From assembly GCA_050273025.1 (NCBI GenBank), contig CP158635.1, positions 22,692,001 through 22,756,000 of the forward strand: DNA of 64,000 nucleotides, written 5' to 3'. This document shows positions 13,036 through 30,457 of this stretch, in pieces. Position numbers and translations under genes: made by a program. The stretch is from Cenococcum geophilum (lineage: Eukaryota). Each line of letters opens with the position of its first letter. Position 1 is the stretch's first letter. The notes under the pieces were generated by a model that saw nothing but the letters and a program-made list of their open reading frames with translations, made no database searches and was not told the DNA's origin.

Positions 13036-16027
13036 TTAGTAATACCCCATGCCCCCCTCCCCCTCATACCGCCGCCTCCTCACCTCCCGCCTCGCCTGCC
13101 TCATCGCCTCCCCGGTCTGCGCCTCCACCGGCACGACCCGCGGCTGGTACACCTGCTGATGCTGCTGCTGCACCGGAAAAACCTGCTGCATCGGGTCCTG
13201 TTGCTGCTGTTGCTGCAGCTGCGGCGGCGGAGGATGATACGGGCCAGGCAGCGCGACAGGCTGGAATCCGCCGAGCGGGCCGCCGATGGCCTGGAAGCCG
13301 CGCGGAGGCTCGAAGCCTGGAGCTGCTGGTTGGAAATGGTAATTCGGGGCGGGGACGTACGGCGGCTGGATGTTCTGCAGCTGCAGCTGCATTTGTTGCT
13401 GCGGGTGCAGGTGGAGGTGTGGCGGATGTGGGTGCGGATTTGGGAGCGGATGTGTGCGTGGATGTGTGTGCGGATGTGTGTGTGGATGTGGGTGCGGATG
13501 TGGGTGCTGGTGTGGGTGCTGGTGTGGGCGCTGGTGTGGATGCTGGTGGTAGTGATGATACGCGGGCGCGCCGGCGCCGGCGAAGAAGGCGGGCTGGTCT
13601 CCTCCTTCTCCTCCTTCTCCCCCACCACCACCACCTTGCGGCTGGCCCATTGCCATCGCGACGGCCATCTGCGGCATCGGCTGCATGTGTACCTGCTGCA
13701 TCGGCTGCATGTGAATCCCTTGCGGTGGCGGTGGGGGAGGGCCGCCCAGGACCGCGATGCCAGCCAGCGGGTGCTGCTCGGCTTGTGCGCGCTGCGCGCG
13801 GCGCTGCTCGGTGCGCTTGACTGTCTCCGAGACTTTGATCTTCAGGTCGTCGTCTGTGAGGTCGGGGTTCTCGGCGCGGACTTTGGCGAGGGCAGCCGTT
13901 TCGGCTTTCTTGACTTCTTCGTCATGGCGCGCTTCCGTATTGTCATGCAGGGGGCAGCGTCCGCTGGAGAAGTGGTCGTAGTTTTGCACGTTGGTGGAGC
14001 AGACGTAGCTGTAGATTTTTAGATACTGGGGGGAAGAGTTGTGATTGGGAGGGGAGGTGAAGTTGAAACATACCACTGCGTATTCCTGCAATGCGAGCAG
14101 GTCATTTTATTGCAGCCAAATTCCTTGACGAAAGGGTGTGAACATTTACTATTACCGTCAGCATAATAGTTATAGACGGTATCCCTTCAGAACGGTGGTC
14201 ACATACTTGCACTTCCTTACCAACGCCTCCGTCATGGCCTCCTCGACTGCATGCCGTACGTTAAGTTTATTCTCTTTTGCAAACTCCTCACAAGATAGTG
14301 GGATGTGAGTTTCCGCTTGACAAAGTCTACAGCTAACTTTCTCGCAATCCGGGTTGCGGCACCGAAACTCCCTATCTTCTGACACAGGCGGACATTCGGC
14401 CTTGAAGTCGCAGAAGGGACATTCATCAAGATTCTCAATCCCAGCAAGTCTAATATCTTCCTGTTGCTGCATACGCTCTAGCCGATCAAATGTCTTGGGG
14501 TCAAGAAAAATCTGGAGCTGATGGCGGGTGAATCCGGCGTCACATCCATCTTGGGACATGCAGTCGGGCCGGCATTTGGACATGCCGATCTGAGTCTCGA
14601 TATACCGGCGAGCACAGTCCCAACAGAAGAAATGAGCCGTGGGGCCATTGCAGTACGTCATTCTGTTGGCGGGATAGTCGTCAAAGCAACAGCCACTACA
14701 ACTAGATCAGCCTTCATCTCCAAAAATCCTGCCAAGTGTTGTTGAAGGCATGCTAATTCACAAAGATAATGACAGAGCATTATTCCCGTCATAGCTTGGG
14801 ACTCACCATTGAGTCATAGTTTTATTCTTCTGAGCTTGTTTAAGATTTTGCGCTTCCGACATCGCCTTTTGAGCCTCTTTCTTGCGTTTAGCTAGTAAAT
14901 CAGGGGTTAGCACTTGGAGTTTAACTCATAGTAGAAAAAGTATAAGGCGACCTAAAACCGCGCTGGTTGTGGTGAAACAAGGACAAGAGAAAGAGGAACC
15001 GACCATCTTCTTTTTCCCGCTTTTTCTTTGCGGCCTGGACTTCCTTCCATAGATCAGTAAGAAGGTGGTCTTTGGTCATATCCGCAGGCGTCTTCGTTAG
15101 TGTTCGCTTGGTGCGACTTCTGACTTTAGAAAATGGGTTTTCTTTTGCGGGATCGTAGTTTCTTAACTGGGTGTCGAGAGTGTGAAATGCTTTAAAGAGA
15201 GTAGTGTCGGCTCTCAGTATCGCTTGGATGTGTTTCACGGGGATATCGGGGAACTCTTCTCCCAGAATTTTGGCACTGTGTTGGGTAAGCGAATATCAGT
15301 ATGTCGTTTTGACATCTATTTTTGATGAGGCGATGAGAGACTTCGTAGTGGAACGTTTAGGAGTCATGATAGCCAAAAAGGTTGTTGAAGTAAGGGGTAA
15401 AAAGGTCGGCGGCTCTGCTCTTGCGCGCGAAACACGGTGTCATCGTGAATGAGACACATCTCAATGCAATGAAGTATTCGTATAGCTAGAGCAAACGAAA
15501 TAATCCAAGACAGATCGGACTTACGCTTGCAGAAAGTATGCGTGGCCAGCATTCTCCCGATCCGCCTTCTCAAACTCTGCAATCCCATCTTCCTCTTGGC
15601 TGTCCCTCCTCTTACGCTTGAGTTCTTGCCGACGATCCCTCTCCTTAGGATACGCACCAGAGTCAAGGATTTGAACGATGAGCCTGTCACACCATGCTGA
15701 ACCGGTTATGCATTCCTGGGAACCGTCTTTGAAAAGCTTGAGGACATAGTCGTGTGCAATGTCCGGGAATATGTCTAACACCTTCTGGAGACATTGCTGC
15801 TCGGTGAAAACCTCCGGCATTGGACTGAATGCGGGCTCCGGATCTGGAAAGTTTACCTCGGGGTCGTTAAAGGCAAAAGCCCAGTCCGCATCAAAATCAT
15901 AGAGATCATCAGGATGGTAGGGATCCTCCATAGGGGTGTGTCTAAGGGTGATGTCGTCTTCATCGTCGCTCTCGCTATCGGTCAGAACAATAATCTCCGT
16001 AGACCCAGTGGTCACATGATCGGGCAT
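13036..16027 (-). CDS. RBR (RING1-IBR-RING2) E3 ubiquitin ligase, RNF216/TRIAD3-like, with N-terminal CUE-like motifs
   Basis: Exons 16027-15525, 15275-15004, 14891-14807, 14695-14207, 14148-14074 and 14008-13036. RING1 CGCCFDD...HFFCWDC; IBR CPFCD...CRNPDC...CRLC...H; RING2 KEFGCNKMTC...CYVC. CUE-like motifs VLDIFPDI and EEFPDIP. Start codon less certain. Confidence 0.87.
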
Positions 16028-17015
16028 TGTTCGGTCCAGATCAAAAGGTTGAAGGTTGAAATTTGGTGTTTTGTTTAGAAGTGCGGTCTAGAATATGCGT
16101 AAGGGACTATTGCAGCATAATGTGCAGGGATGCGGAGAAGAAGGATGTCTTAGGAAGCGCCGACTGAAGCTCGTTGACAGAGGTAGAAGGGTATAGCGAG
16201 TGAGTATTACAAGTGCAGAGCATGAGTACAAAGACTACCCCGAACAGCTTGGGGTGGAAGTGAAGGCCACGTAGTGTTCTAGACTTTAAATCAATCGTCC
16301 TTGATGCTCACGGCTCTAGTTGATGCCCTGGCGTGATGTCCCCCCAGTCAAGGGCAGGCGGAACATTGCTGGCAATCTACAAATAACGAATGAATGGTGC
16401 GATGGCTGAGGCCGCAACGAGAGGTAAAGCGTGAAAGCATTCAAGGAGTAGGTGGTAGGTAGGTGTGAATGAGTTGTTTCCGTCTTTCGCAGAATGACCT
16501 GGCCTTCAATCATCACTGCGAGGAAAGGCCGACGTCCCCACCACGCCCCCTAGCACCTTCCCCAATCCGGAAACCCGCAATGCTTAGTGGCGCGACCAGT
16601 AGTTCAACAAGGGCCGCCAGGCGTCTAGATCAGACTCGAGGCTCAGGTCTGGTCTCAGTTAACTTCGCCGCGAAACTGCGAACAGAGACGATGCTGCACT
16701 ATGTCAGCATTAGGCTCACCGATCGATCCAAGCATTTACTACAGCCTGCCTTGCGCATGACCTTACTTGACGCAAACGTGTGACGAACGGCTCGCTTTCC
16801 GCCGGATTGCATCGGGCCGTCGATATACAAACTTTCGTACAAGTATTTAGTGGGAACCACAGGGCAGGTATATAAAGGTCGTTGAAGCCATTACGGCGAC
16901 AAATCGAATCCATTTCGTAAGAAACTCGACACTTCCATCTACATCCCAGAACAATACCAAACCCTTTATCGAAGCATCTTACTGCTACGTATCCTAATAA
17001 CCCACTTCCGTAATC

Positions 17016-18297
17016 ATGGCATCCGCTCCTCTCAACTTACCAGACAGCAGCTTGCCAACCCTTGCTTTAGCTCACCCAACCGAAAAAGAGAAGACTGCTC
17101 AGTTCAAGCAGAACGGTGCTGCCTGGAGAGGGGCCCTCTCTCTCGAATTGTATCTTCGTCGTGAAGAGATTCTTGCCAGTCAAAACCTGACCAAAGACGG
17201 CGGTCTGACGTACTGGGTTCTAATTGACACAGCCGCAAATGATCGTCTTGTACTGTCTGGCTGTGAGACATACCGAAAGAAAGCCTTGGTCGCACGAAAC
17301 GGGAAAGTGGAAGAGACCATTACTCATGGAATCGGGAGTGTGTTCTGCCCTCCGCAATTAAGGCGGAGGGGTTACACTGCACGGATGATGCAAGAACTTG
17401 GTGAAGCACTGCGCACGTGGCAAACCGAGGGAAAGGAATGTCTATTCTCCGTGCTGTTCTCTGATATCGGGAAGGTAAGTATACTAAACAAGTGAAGGTG
17501 GGTGATATTTTCAAGAATCTGACGCCAGCAAGAAATTCTATGCCGCACATGGATGGGAGCCTTTCAATTCTTCCCACATATCCGTGCCTGCAAAAACCTC
17601 GAGAATCATAGATACCAAGGACTTGCCAACTGCTCAACCATTGTATGAAGGCGATCTTGGAGAGTTGTGCAAGATCGATGAGGCAATGCTCCGGAAGAGC
17701 CTGGAGGCACGGCCGGCGGATAGCAACACGGCCGTCGCTCTAATTCCTAATGTGGACACCATTCGGTGGCACCACGCTCGAGAGGACTATGTCGGTAAGG
17801 AACTGCACGGCAAGGCGCCGAAAGTGAAAGGTGCAATTGTCGGGTCCGAGAAAGGTAAACGTGTCTGGTGCTACTGGACAAGAATGTGGTACAACAACGA
17901 CCCCAAAGAGAGCAAAGGCAACACGCTGCATGTGCTTCGGTTGGTGATTGAAGACGAGGGCCTTTCAAGCTGGAAAGGCTCAGGTGGGAATCACATTAAT
18001 GGATCAGGAAAAAGCCACCAACAAAATGGTGACGGGCGGTCTTCGTACCACGAATCCGCCATCGTTTCTCTACTGCTAATGGCGCAGCGTGAGGCTCAAG
18101 AATGGAATATGGCTGAGATAGGGACTTGGAACCCTACTTCAGTAATGGTGTCTGCTGCTCAGCGATTGGATCCTAATACTGCAGTGGTGAACAGAGATGA
18201 AGAAAGTATTGCCAGTTTAAAGTGGCACCCGCCGCACAAAGGGCTAGTCGCAGAGTCTATCGATTGGGTCGGGAATGAGAAGTATGGATGGTGTTGA
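17016..18297 (+). CDS. GNAT-family acetyltransferase, LYC1 (lysine N-acetyltransferase)-like
   Basis: Exons 17016-17474 and 17533-18297. GNAT motif A GIGSVFCPPQLRRRGYT, then SVLFSDIGK|KFYA, and C-terminal SIASLKW...WVGNEKYGWC. Confidence 0.85.
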
Positions 18298-19399
18298 ACG
18301 GACTGCGATTTGCAACCCAAAAGCCTGGTGGTAGAGAACATCAACTAGGCTGAACGAGAAGCATCTACGGTGGCTATGACTTGAAGAAGACTAAGAGCTT
18401 AACGGAACTAGACCATGCTATGAAGCATCCTGGAACTCCGTAGATTAAACTATTTCAGCGTCTGACCCTTTATGAATCTAATTCTTCCTACACTCCCATG
18501 CGTCGGCTCTCCTAATTGTGGTAATCCTCCGTCCTGAAACTCCTCATATCCATCCGCTAGCACTGCATCCCGATCTCCAACATCTTACTCGGCACAACCA
18601 GATATGCATTACTATTGATGAGTTGAGGGACATACACCGGCGCTTCCTGAGACGTTACTGGCATATAGGTTCGTCGTACACACTACCATGCTTATGGACC
18701 CTCGTGATAATTTACTAATCTTCATATCATAGGTTGAAAAACCAAAGCGTAGAAAATTCATAGAGTCTTAGTCTTGATGAGTTTGATTCCTATCCCCAGT
18801 ACAACTATGCGTTTGACGGGGCCGGCCGCAAGATTTCAGCCGGTATCACAGTATGCTTCTACATCGCACGTTCACAGTACTTTTCTAGGTTGCAGCCATA
18901 TCGTAAGAGGAACCCTAAACTCTTACTTCTCTAGTATCTTCGGGTCAGGCTTGATATCATATCCTATGCCATATCTGATTAAATCCAACATAAGCCCTAT
19001 CATGGAGAACACTACCAATACACCGACCCAGGAAGGTAGATTTATCCATATGAAGGCCACAATATCAACAGACGTTACCGAAGATAAAGGCCCAAGGCCA
19101 CGTCCGCCACTTCAGTGATAGTGAAGTCTCAGGTACGAGTGTACGTTTGCGACCCGGAATAAAGGCGCATTCCCGTGCTGAACAATTGACACTAGGCTTA
19201 TAAAACTTAACTCCGATATCCGTAGCTAGCTTAAAGGAGGGATAGAATTGGGGCGATAGGAGTAGGTTTGACGACCGCTTGGTGGGCTGGTCTGATGGGA
19301 GCAGCCCATCCACTGTAGGCGGTGATCTCAAATATGGTGGTTAGAATAGAACACGGTGGTCGACATGCTCGGTAAGATATTCCGAAGGTGGAATGATGC

Positions 19400-20455
19400 G
19401 CGTTCACTCCTGGGCCAAAGCTACAATTCTGCAAGCGACTCTCATACAATCCACCCTTCCTTTCTGGTCCTTCTTGGTGCCATGTTCGTAAGCATGGCTG
19501 CGATCGGATCGTCATTTATGTTGTTCATTTGCATGGCATTTCCATTAATTTTTCCCATTTCAGCATGTATTCTTTCGCAGATGCGATCTCAGCTGCGAGC
19601 TCTTTTTCTGAGAGCTTTGAGATTCTATGACGCAGCAAGATTCTCGTGCAGTCAGAAATCCGGAGTACAGACAAAGCAAATCCCTCCTGGAAATGGTCTA
19701 AAATCCGAATAAAACGCCATGGTAGTGCCATGTATTTATTCCTGGCTATTTGCTGCGTGAAAGAGCTGATACTTTTCTGGGTATCGCGAGATTTCGCAAG
19801 AACATAAACTATGGGGAAGAGCGAATCATGTAGCCACATGCGTGAATCTTTTGTTCGGTTTCTCGCCATAAATATGTTGATAGTCTCATTTTTGAAGGTA
19901 GTCAATGCCCGTGAATCTTGTTTGAAGCGGTGAACGTGGTACTATGCGCATTTGCGCTACAGCAGTACCTCTTGTACTTGCTTCAAGTAAGTTAATTGTT
20001 GATGCACAGCCATTGATAGAGTCGGCGAACATGATGGATGGAATACTTGCAGAAATCACTTTCTGTCGGAAGAGCCTGTCATTACGGTGAGTTTGGAGTC
20101 AGAAAAGTCTTGTGACTTTACGATATTTCCGGAAATCCCTAGCAAGAAGCTGCACAGACTCGCAGATCAAATAAAGCTTTTGAGTGGGGGCCCTCCTCAA
20201 TATTGCCCTGAGCTGAGATAGATCTTCATCCACGACGTCGAAAGGTTGTTTTATTTCCAGGAAGTGTAATTCTTCTTCACAAATAGTCGACTTGAATCTT
20301 AAGAACAACCGGTCGGCATCATCACCAGCAGCAGCTATGTTCTGCTGAAGCAATTGAATTTGCTGCTTGGATTTGTTCCGGTCTGCAATGCGTCTCTGGC
20401 GGTTTCGAGGATAGTGTGAATCTGGATCTTGGAAATCTGAGTTACACCAATTCAT
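19400..20455 (-). pseudogene. Probable decayed orphan gene (helical protein of unknown family)
   Basis: Two protein-like ORF pieces (20099-20455, 19525-19905) linked by a plausible intron. The linker has a frameshift and in-frame TAG codons. Ends approximate. Confidence 0.35.
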
Positions 20456-21917
20456 CGAACTAATTAATGTCCACCCGAAGCGTAAGGACTTTTCAAGGCT
20501 TTATATGGTTGTTTGGTAGCTTTGTTTTGGGATTGCGAGTTTGTCAGGACTTCACGTTGTCGTTCTGTAGCTGTCTTGGGCTTGTGGATTGGAGCGACGT
20601 CTGTCTACTGATGGGCTGTTGGGTAAGACACTGGTAGGCGACAGAAACAGTTGCGAAGTGCCGTTGAGTAAGACATAATGCTCGTGGAAAACACGTAGGA
20701 TGGAAATAGAGGTAGATTGCTACATCTGTGAGACAGACGGATTGCAGGCGTTGTCAACATAGAAGCAGGTCAGGAAAATGTCCCCTCCAAAGCATAGGTA
20801 ACGTAGTTTTGAAGGGAAATGGCATCAAAACCTCGATAGCTGCGCACTGGGCTAGCTGGTGTCTTTGAATTGGCTTGGACCTTAGCTACCGATATAGATC
20901 TGAAGCCTGCCAAAGAGAACTGCGGGAATACAAGCATGCTGCGCCAAGACTCATCCGCACTATTAAATAAGACCAACACAAGAATCAGCGCGCAAAAATC
21001 ATGTCATCTTTGAAGCACAATATCGCGTTGGAAGGGTACACTTTATCAGTATGGCGGGTAACTATGAAGAGTGGGCAAAGTTGTTAAACACAATATCACT
21101 CACATAACATTCTATCGTCAATCACAGCACCAGCGAGCATGAAAAGCATCAGGCAAATTATCAAATATTATAGCTACAGTCATAGACAAGCCGGCCATCC
21201 AATCCTCCCTCCAGTCCTACCAGATGCTCACACAAACAATTGTTTATTACCAACAGCCTGTCAGGTTTCACCCAACGTCCTCCCAGTCAGACCGACCGAA
21301 GTCAGGATCTGAGCTGGGTAGAGATCATCACCACTCTCGCCGAAGCAAGAGTATAAGGTATCACTCTGGGACATCGAGGATAAAGCTCATCAGCCAGGTT
21401 GGAGATTCTGTGGCTCTTGTAGGAGACTCAGAAGAGGACGTTTACTATAGAAGTGATTCTATGAAGTCTATGGGAGCAGCAGTCAGCAAATGTAGACAGG
21501 GGAAAGTATTGAGGTACGGGTAGAACTCACAAAGTCGACTGAAGAAAAAAAAGAGAGAAGGGCGAGTGCGACGGGTATTTGTAGGAGGCGCCAAGGCGCT
21601 AATTGCAGAAGCGAGAAGCCAGGCCCGAAAAAAATGAAATAGAAAAAGTTTGACCGAGGACCGGAGCAGAAAATTGCAAGGGCCGAGCATGGTCCGTGAA
21701 GCCTCGACAACTCCCCACGGTCCCCTCTAAGGCTCCGTGGGGCACTACAGCTTTGACCGATCAGCATAAAACTATTGTGCTATCCTACACTCTACAATAG
21801 ACTAAGGGTTAGTGCGCTAAATCGTGGCCGGAATTTAGCAGCGCCGACCGCCACGACTTAACGCACCAACCCTTGGACGTTTCATTCCAGAACCCGCGGA
21901 TGAATCATTTACCGAAA

Positions 21918-23785
21918 ATGGCTTCACATACCGCTTCACAGCGCTACCCCAGCACCCGAGGAGGCTCTTACGATGTTAGTGGCATTGTAATCTGTCTTAG
22001 AAAACCAATATCTCTCCAATTAGGCCAAGGCTGAAATGAGAGTAGCTCTCCTTCGAAGAGGTTGTTCTCAAGGACTCGCTTCTGATGGCGGTCTTTTCAT
22101 TCCAGAATAGATACCCTCCCTGCCAGAGGATTGGGCTTCCAAGTGGAGACTTCTTTCGAAGAACTCGCCTTTGAGGTCTTCTCCCTCTACATTTTACCTT
22201 CCGAAATACCTTCCGCAGATCTAAAAGACCTCATCAAACGAAGCTACTCAACATTCCGTGATCCGGGAGTTGCACCCATTGTGACTCTGGACAAAGAAAA
22301 AAATATACATTTATTGGAACTCTTCCATGGGCCCACATTCGCATTCAAGGATGTTGCTCTGCAATTCTTGGGAAATCTTTTCGAATACTTCCTTGTCAGA
22401 AGGAATCAGGGAAAACTGGCAGAGACAGGGAGCATTTGACCGTCATTAGAGCTACAAGTGGTGATACTGGCTCAGCAGCTATATACGGTCTAAGAGGGAA
22501 GAAGGATGTATCAGTATTTATCATGCACCCCAGGGCAAAGCTAGCCCTGTACAAGAGGCGCAGATGACTACGGTCATGGACGCGAATGTGCACAATCTCG
22601 TCGTAGACGGCACGTTCGATGACTGCCAGGTATTCCCACTCCCTTCCCTACTTTCATCCCTCTAAGTCGCTAATTACCTCTCAAGACTTCGTCAAAGCCC
22701 TCTTCGCCGACCCTAAAATTAACAAAACCCACCGCCTCGCCGCCATAAACTCTATAAATTTTAGCCGCATCCTTGCCCAAATAACCTATTACTTCACCCA
22801 TCCGCTCACCCTCCTTTGTCTCCGGCGCCACAATCTGCTACGTCGTGCCCACAGGCAATTTGGGGGTAAGTCCCGTAATAGTACCCCCCCTTTAAAATCC
22901 GAGCTCCTACGAGAGGGTATAGGTATATATCACTAACGCTTCTATTTAGGACATCCTCGCCGGCTACTTCGCCAAGCGGATGCCTCCCTCCGCCAAACTC
23001 GCCATCGCCACCAACGCAAACGACATCCTGCACCGCTTCTGGCAGAGCGGGAAGTACAAGAAGAAGCACTCCACGGCGCGGATGCCGCAGGCGGGCTGCC
23101 GGAAGACGGTGCCCAGGCCCATGGAGACGGTGTGAAAGAGACGCTCAGCCCCGCTATGGACATCCTCGTATCCTCCAACTTCGAGCGCCTCCTCTGGTAC
23201 CTCGCCTACAGCGTCTGCAACACGCCCTCGACCCCGACCCCGGAGCGCCGCGCCACCGCCGGCACCCACGTCCGCAGCCGGCTCTCCGCCATCAAAACTG
23301 ACGGCGGCTTCGCCGTCGATGAGGCCATCGTGGCTGCCGCCCGCGCCGACTTCGAGAGCGAGTGCGTCAGCGACGAAGAGACCCTCAGTACCACCTCCGC
23401 CGTCTACAATGCTCCGTCCCCCGCGATGGCCCAGACTGCAGCCGCCGGCACCACCGGCGCGGGATACACCCTCGACCCGCACAGCGCCGTCGGCATCACC
23501 GCCGCCCTGCGCTCCGCTGCTCGCAATCCGGTGCCTAGGACGCACCACGTGTCGCTTGCGACTGCGCACCCGGCGAAGTTCAGCAGGGCGGTTGAGATGG
23601 CGTTGCAGGGTGCGTATGGTTTTAGCTTCGACGCCGTCTTACCGGAGGAGTTCCGCGGGCTGGAAGATAAGCCGGGGCGGGTTACGGTTGCGAAGAAAGG
23701 AGAGGGCTGGGAGGGCGTGAGGCGCATTGTGGTTGCGGAGGTGGAGGCCGAGCGAGCGGCGGCGGAGAATAAGGGGATGACATAG
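21918..23785 (+). pseudogene. THR4: Threonine synthase pseudogene
   Basis: Motifs RYPSTRG, LASDGGLFIP, ELFHGPTFAFKDVALQF (PLP Lys), ATSGDTG, NSINFSRILAQ, VPTGN, SPAMDILVSSNFER, DPHSAVG and TAHPAKF. In-frame TAG at 22108-22110 and frameshifts near 22073, 22149, 22413, 22531, 22797 and 23068. Confidence 0.88.
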
Positions 23786-24691
23786 CGATGGCGCGAGAAG
23801 GTGGCAGGGAGGAGGTGGTAGAGATGGAGAAAGATAGAGGGATGATCTACTGGTATCTAAAATAGAGCCATTTATGGCGTCTAAGGAAAAAGAAAAAAAA
23901 GAAAGCTATTTTGCCAAACCCCGGAAATCTAGCTGGAGCAGCAGCAGTAGCGGCTGCTTCCACCATCCATCCATCCATCCCATTGCCTGAATTTTCCTCT
24001 TTACGAAGAACCGAATAGACGGTATATTAAACTTGGGCACTTACCCGTCCAAACAAAGCTATTTCTTAGAAGATTAACTAAGGCGAAGGGAAACATCAAT
24101 GCCTGAACCAAGTAACTGCAGGATCCACATGTGAGATAAGAATAAACTTGGGTCGTCTCGTCTATGATATATCAGTTTTCCTCCCATCCACCTTGCCAAT
24201 CCCCACCCTGTCATATCGCGTTTCCTCCCCACCATTCATATTCGCTTCCATTCCCCTTCCAATCCCCTAACCTAGCTTCATCTGTAATCGAAACAACAGC
24301 AACAGCAACAACAGCCAAACCCAGACTCTTCCCCCACCGCGCCGCGCTCACACAACCTAAACCCCCGCATCGCGCCAAACCACTTCCTAAACCTCCTTCT
24401 CGCCCCACTCCATCAAGCCCATCCCTTTTCCACTGGCATCACTACGCGAGAAGAAGAGGAAGAGGAAAAAAACGCAAACCAGGCCTCAACGACAGTGGTA
24501 ACAACGCCTGCCCCCAAGCGCCCGCATGAGGAGGAGAAGAAAAAGCCAATTAAAGAGAAGAGAAGAAATAGAAGAGGAAGGAGAAGAAGAAGCGAGATAC
24601 AAAGGTTCTAGCGCAGCCAAGCGCCGCCGCACCATAGAGGCGTCCCGAAAATAAAAAGTATGGCTGGGTGAAGAGGTATCGAAGAGCGCGA

Positions 24692-28726
<4,035 letters not shown>

Positions 28727-30457
28727 GATGATAGCTAGCTAGGAGCTGTCCGGCGAAAACTCCGCTCGGCAGATCCTTTGACGACAATAGCGGCCGGTAG
28801 GCGGGCCTTCCGGGGGGACGAATGTCGTTGAGAGTGCCGCGCCTGGCTTGCGCCGCAAGTCCGTTGGCCCTTGGCTTTGCTGGTTGTACCAAGCAGAAGG
28901 GAGAAGGGTAGATGGCCGTTTGTAGCAACGGTGTGACTTGCGTCAGTAGGGTCGGTCTGTTTGTGAAAAGCGGTATCAAATAAATAGTCTGTAGGTAACC
29001 GTGGGTATTCGCGTGATGTCAACAAGGGCTACTGCTGAGCCACGATAGGTCCAAGTTTTCGTTGATCGGCCTCCTGTTGCCTACAGAGGTGAGTGGCCAA
29101 AAGCTTTTACCTTCGAGAAGTTCAGAGAGAGAGCGCGAACAGCCGGTCCGTAGAGGGCGACGGTTGAACAGGCTATGAGCAGGTAAAAAGGTTCAGGTGG
29201 GGTGTCGTTTTGGGTGTTGGCGGGGACAGGGTTGATTCCAAAACAAACTCGTCGACCCGTGTCACAGCCTCGACGCCCGATACATGATGCACTCGCCGAA
29301 GATTAATATAGCGCCATATTCTTCAAATCAGAGCCTCTTTGGTACGTTCAATCATCAGCTATCATTCCATTGTTCTGTAAAGAACCAGCGTGCATGCAAA
29401 TTTCGGCCCGCCGTTTCAACCTTTATTACATTTGCAATTTATCGTGCATTTCAGTCTTATAGATTCAATTACATATATATACAGGCTTGTGACGCGTTTC
29501 GAATACTGAATACGACTTTAAAGGCTCGGTAATGCCTCGAGAACGAACTGGTCCAGCTGAGGCAGATGTAAGAAAATAGCGGATTTCCACTTTTGTTTCC
29601 GTCACTCACACACACACCTCTTTTAACTCTTCAAGAAAGATGCATTTTTGATCATATTGCAGAATATATCTGCACCCTCGAGGGTTAGAATCCATCCTAC
29701 AACGGCTGCCTGAAATGTCTAGACTGCAAAGCGAAGCACGACCAGATACTCGGGCATTCGCACCTAGGAATCAGTTCAAAGACTTACCTAATCCTTTTTA
29801 TCTTCATGCAACTAACTTCCCAATATCTCATACCGACAGGGGCAGCCCTAGCACGCCAATAGCTTCTCCACCACGTCATAGAGATATTTTATAGGTGCAT
29901 GCGACAGCCTTGAGAGTTTGCAAAATGGCGGTCCAGTCAGCGTTCGCTGCAGCATTCCTTACCGTTCCTTGTCTCAGCATGCTCAGACCACAGGGAGGCC
30001 GGATAAATCCGGCCCGATGGCACTAAACCAGTTTAGGCCATCTGTCCCTGTAAGGTCTGAGACACTTTAGCCGACGTTTGTAACGCACGTCGCGATATCC
30101 GCATAGCAAATATTACGGATATTCACTTCTTATTCTTACGACAAGTTTAGGCAGCTTGAAAAATTCATTAATTATATACTAAGCTCCGGCGAATTGAATG
30201 GTTTACGTAAGAAGTCTCCCCGCCTTCCCGTTCCTAATATTAATTTTAAAATAGCCGTGACGCGGTTTGCTAAAGTAAATAATTAGTAATATTTGCACTA
30301 ACGACGCGTTAATCTTAACTACCTACTTTCTATCTATTATATCTATAATCTAATAATTAAAACCTATTAAGATCTATCTATTATAACGTATTTAAGTCCT
30401 CCCTAACTTTATTTAACCCTCTACTCTCCCTTTACTGCTTTTAAATACTATCTACTA

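Noticed and set aside
11346..14022. Long antisense or alternative-frame ORFs over REV7 and the RBR ligase (e.g. 11346-12221, 13002-13820, 13159-14022, Cys-Gly-rich 13370-13552)
   Set aside because: Shadow ORFs of GC-rich, repeat-containing coding sequence. The metallothionein-like look comes from the His-Pro repeat on the other strand.
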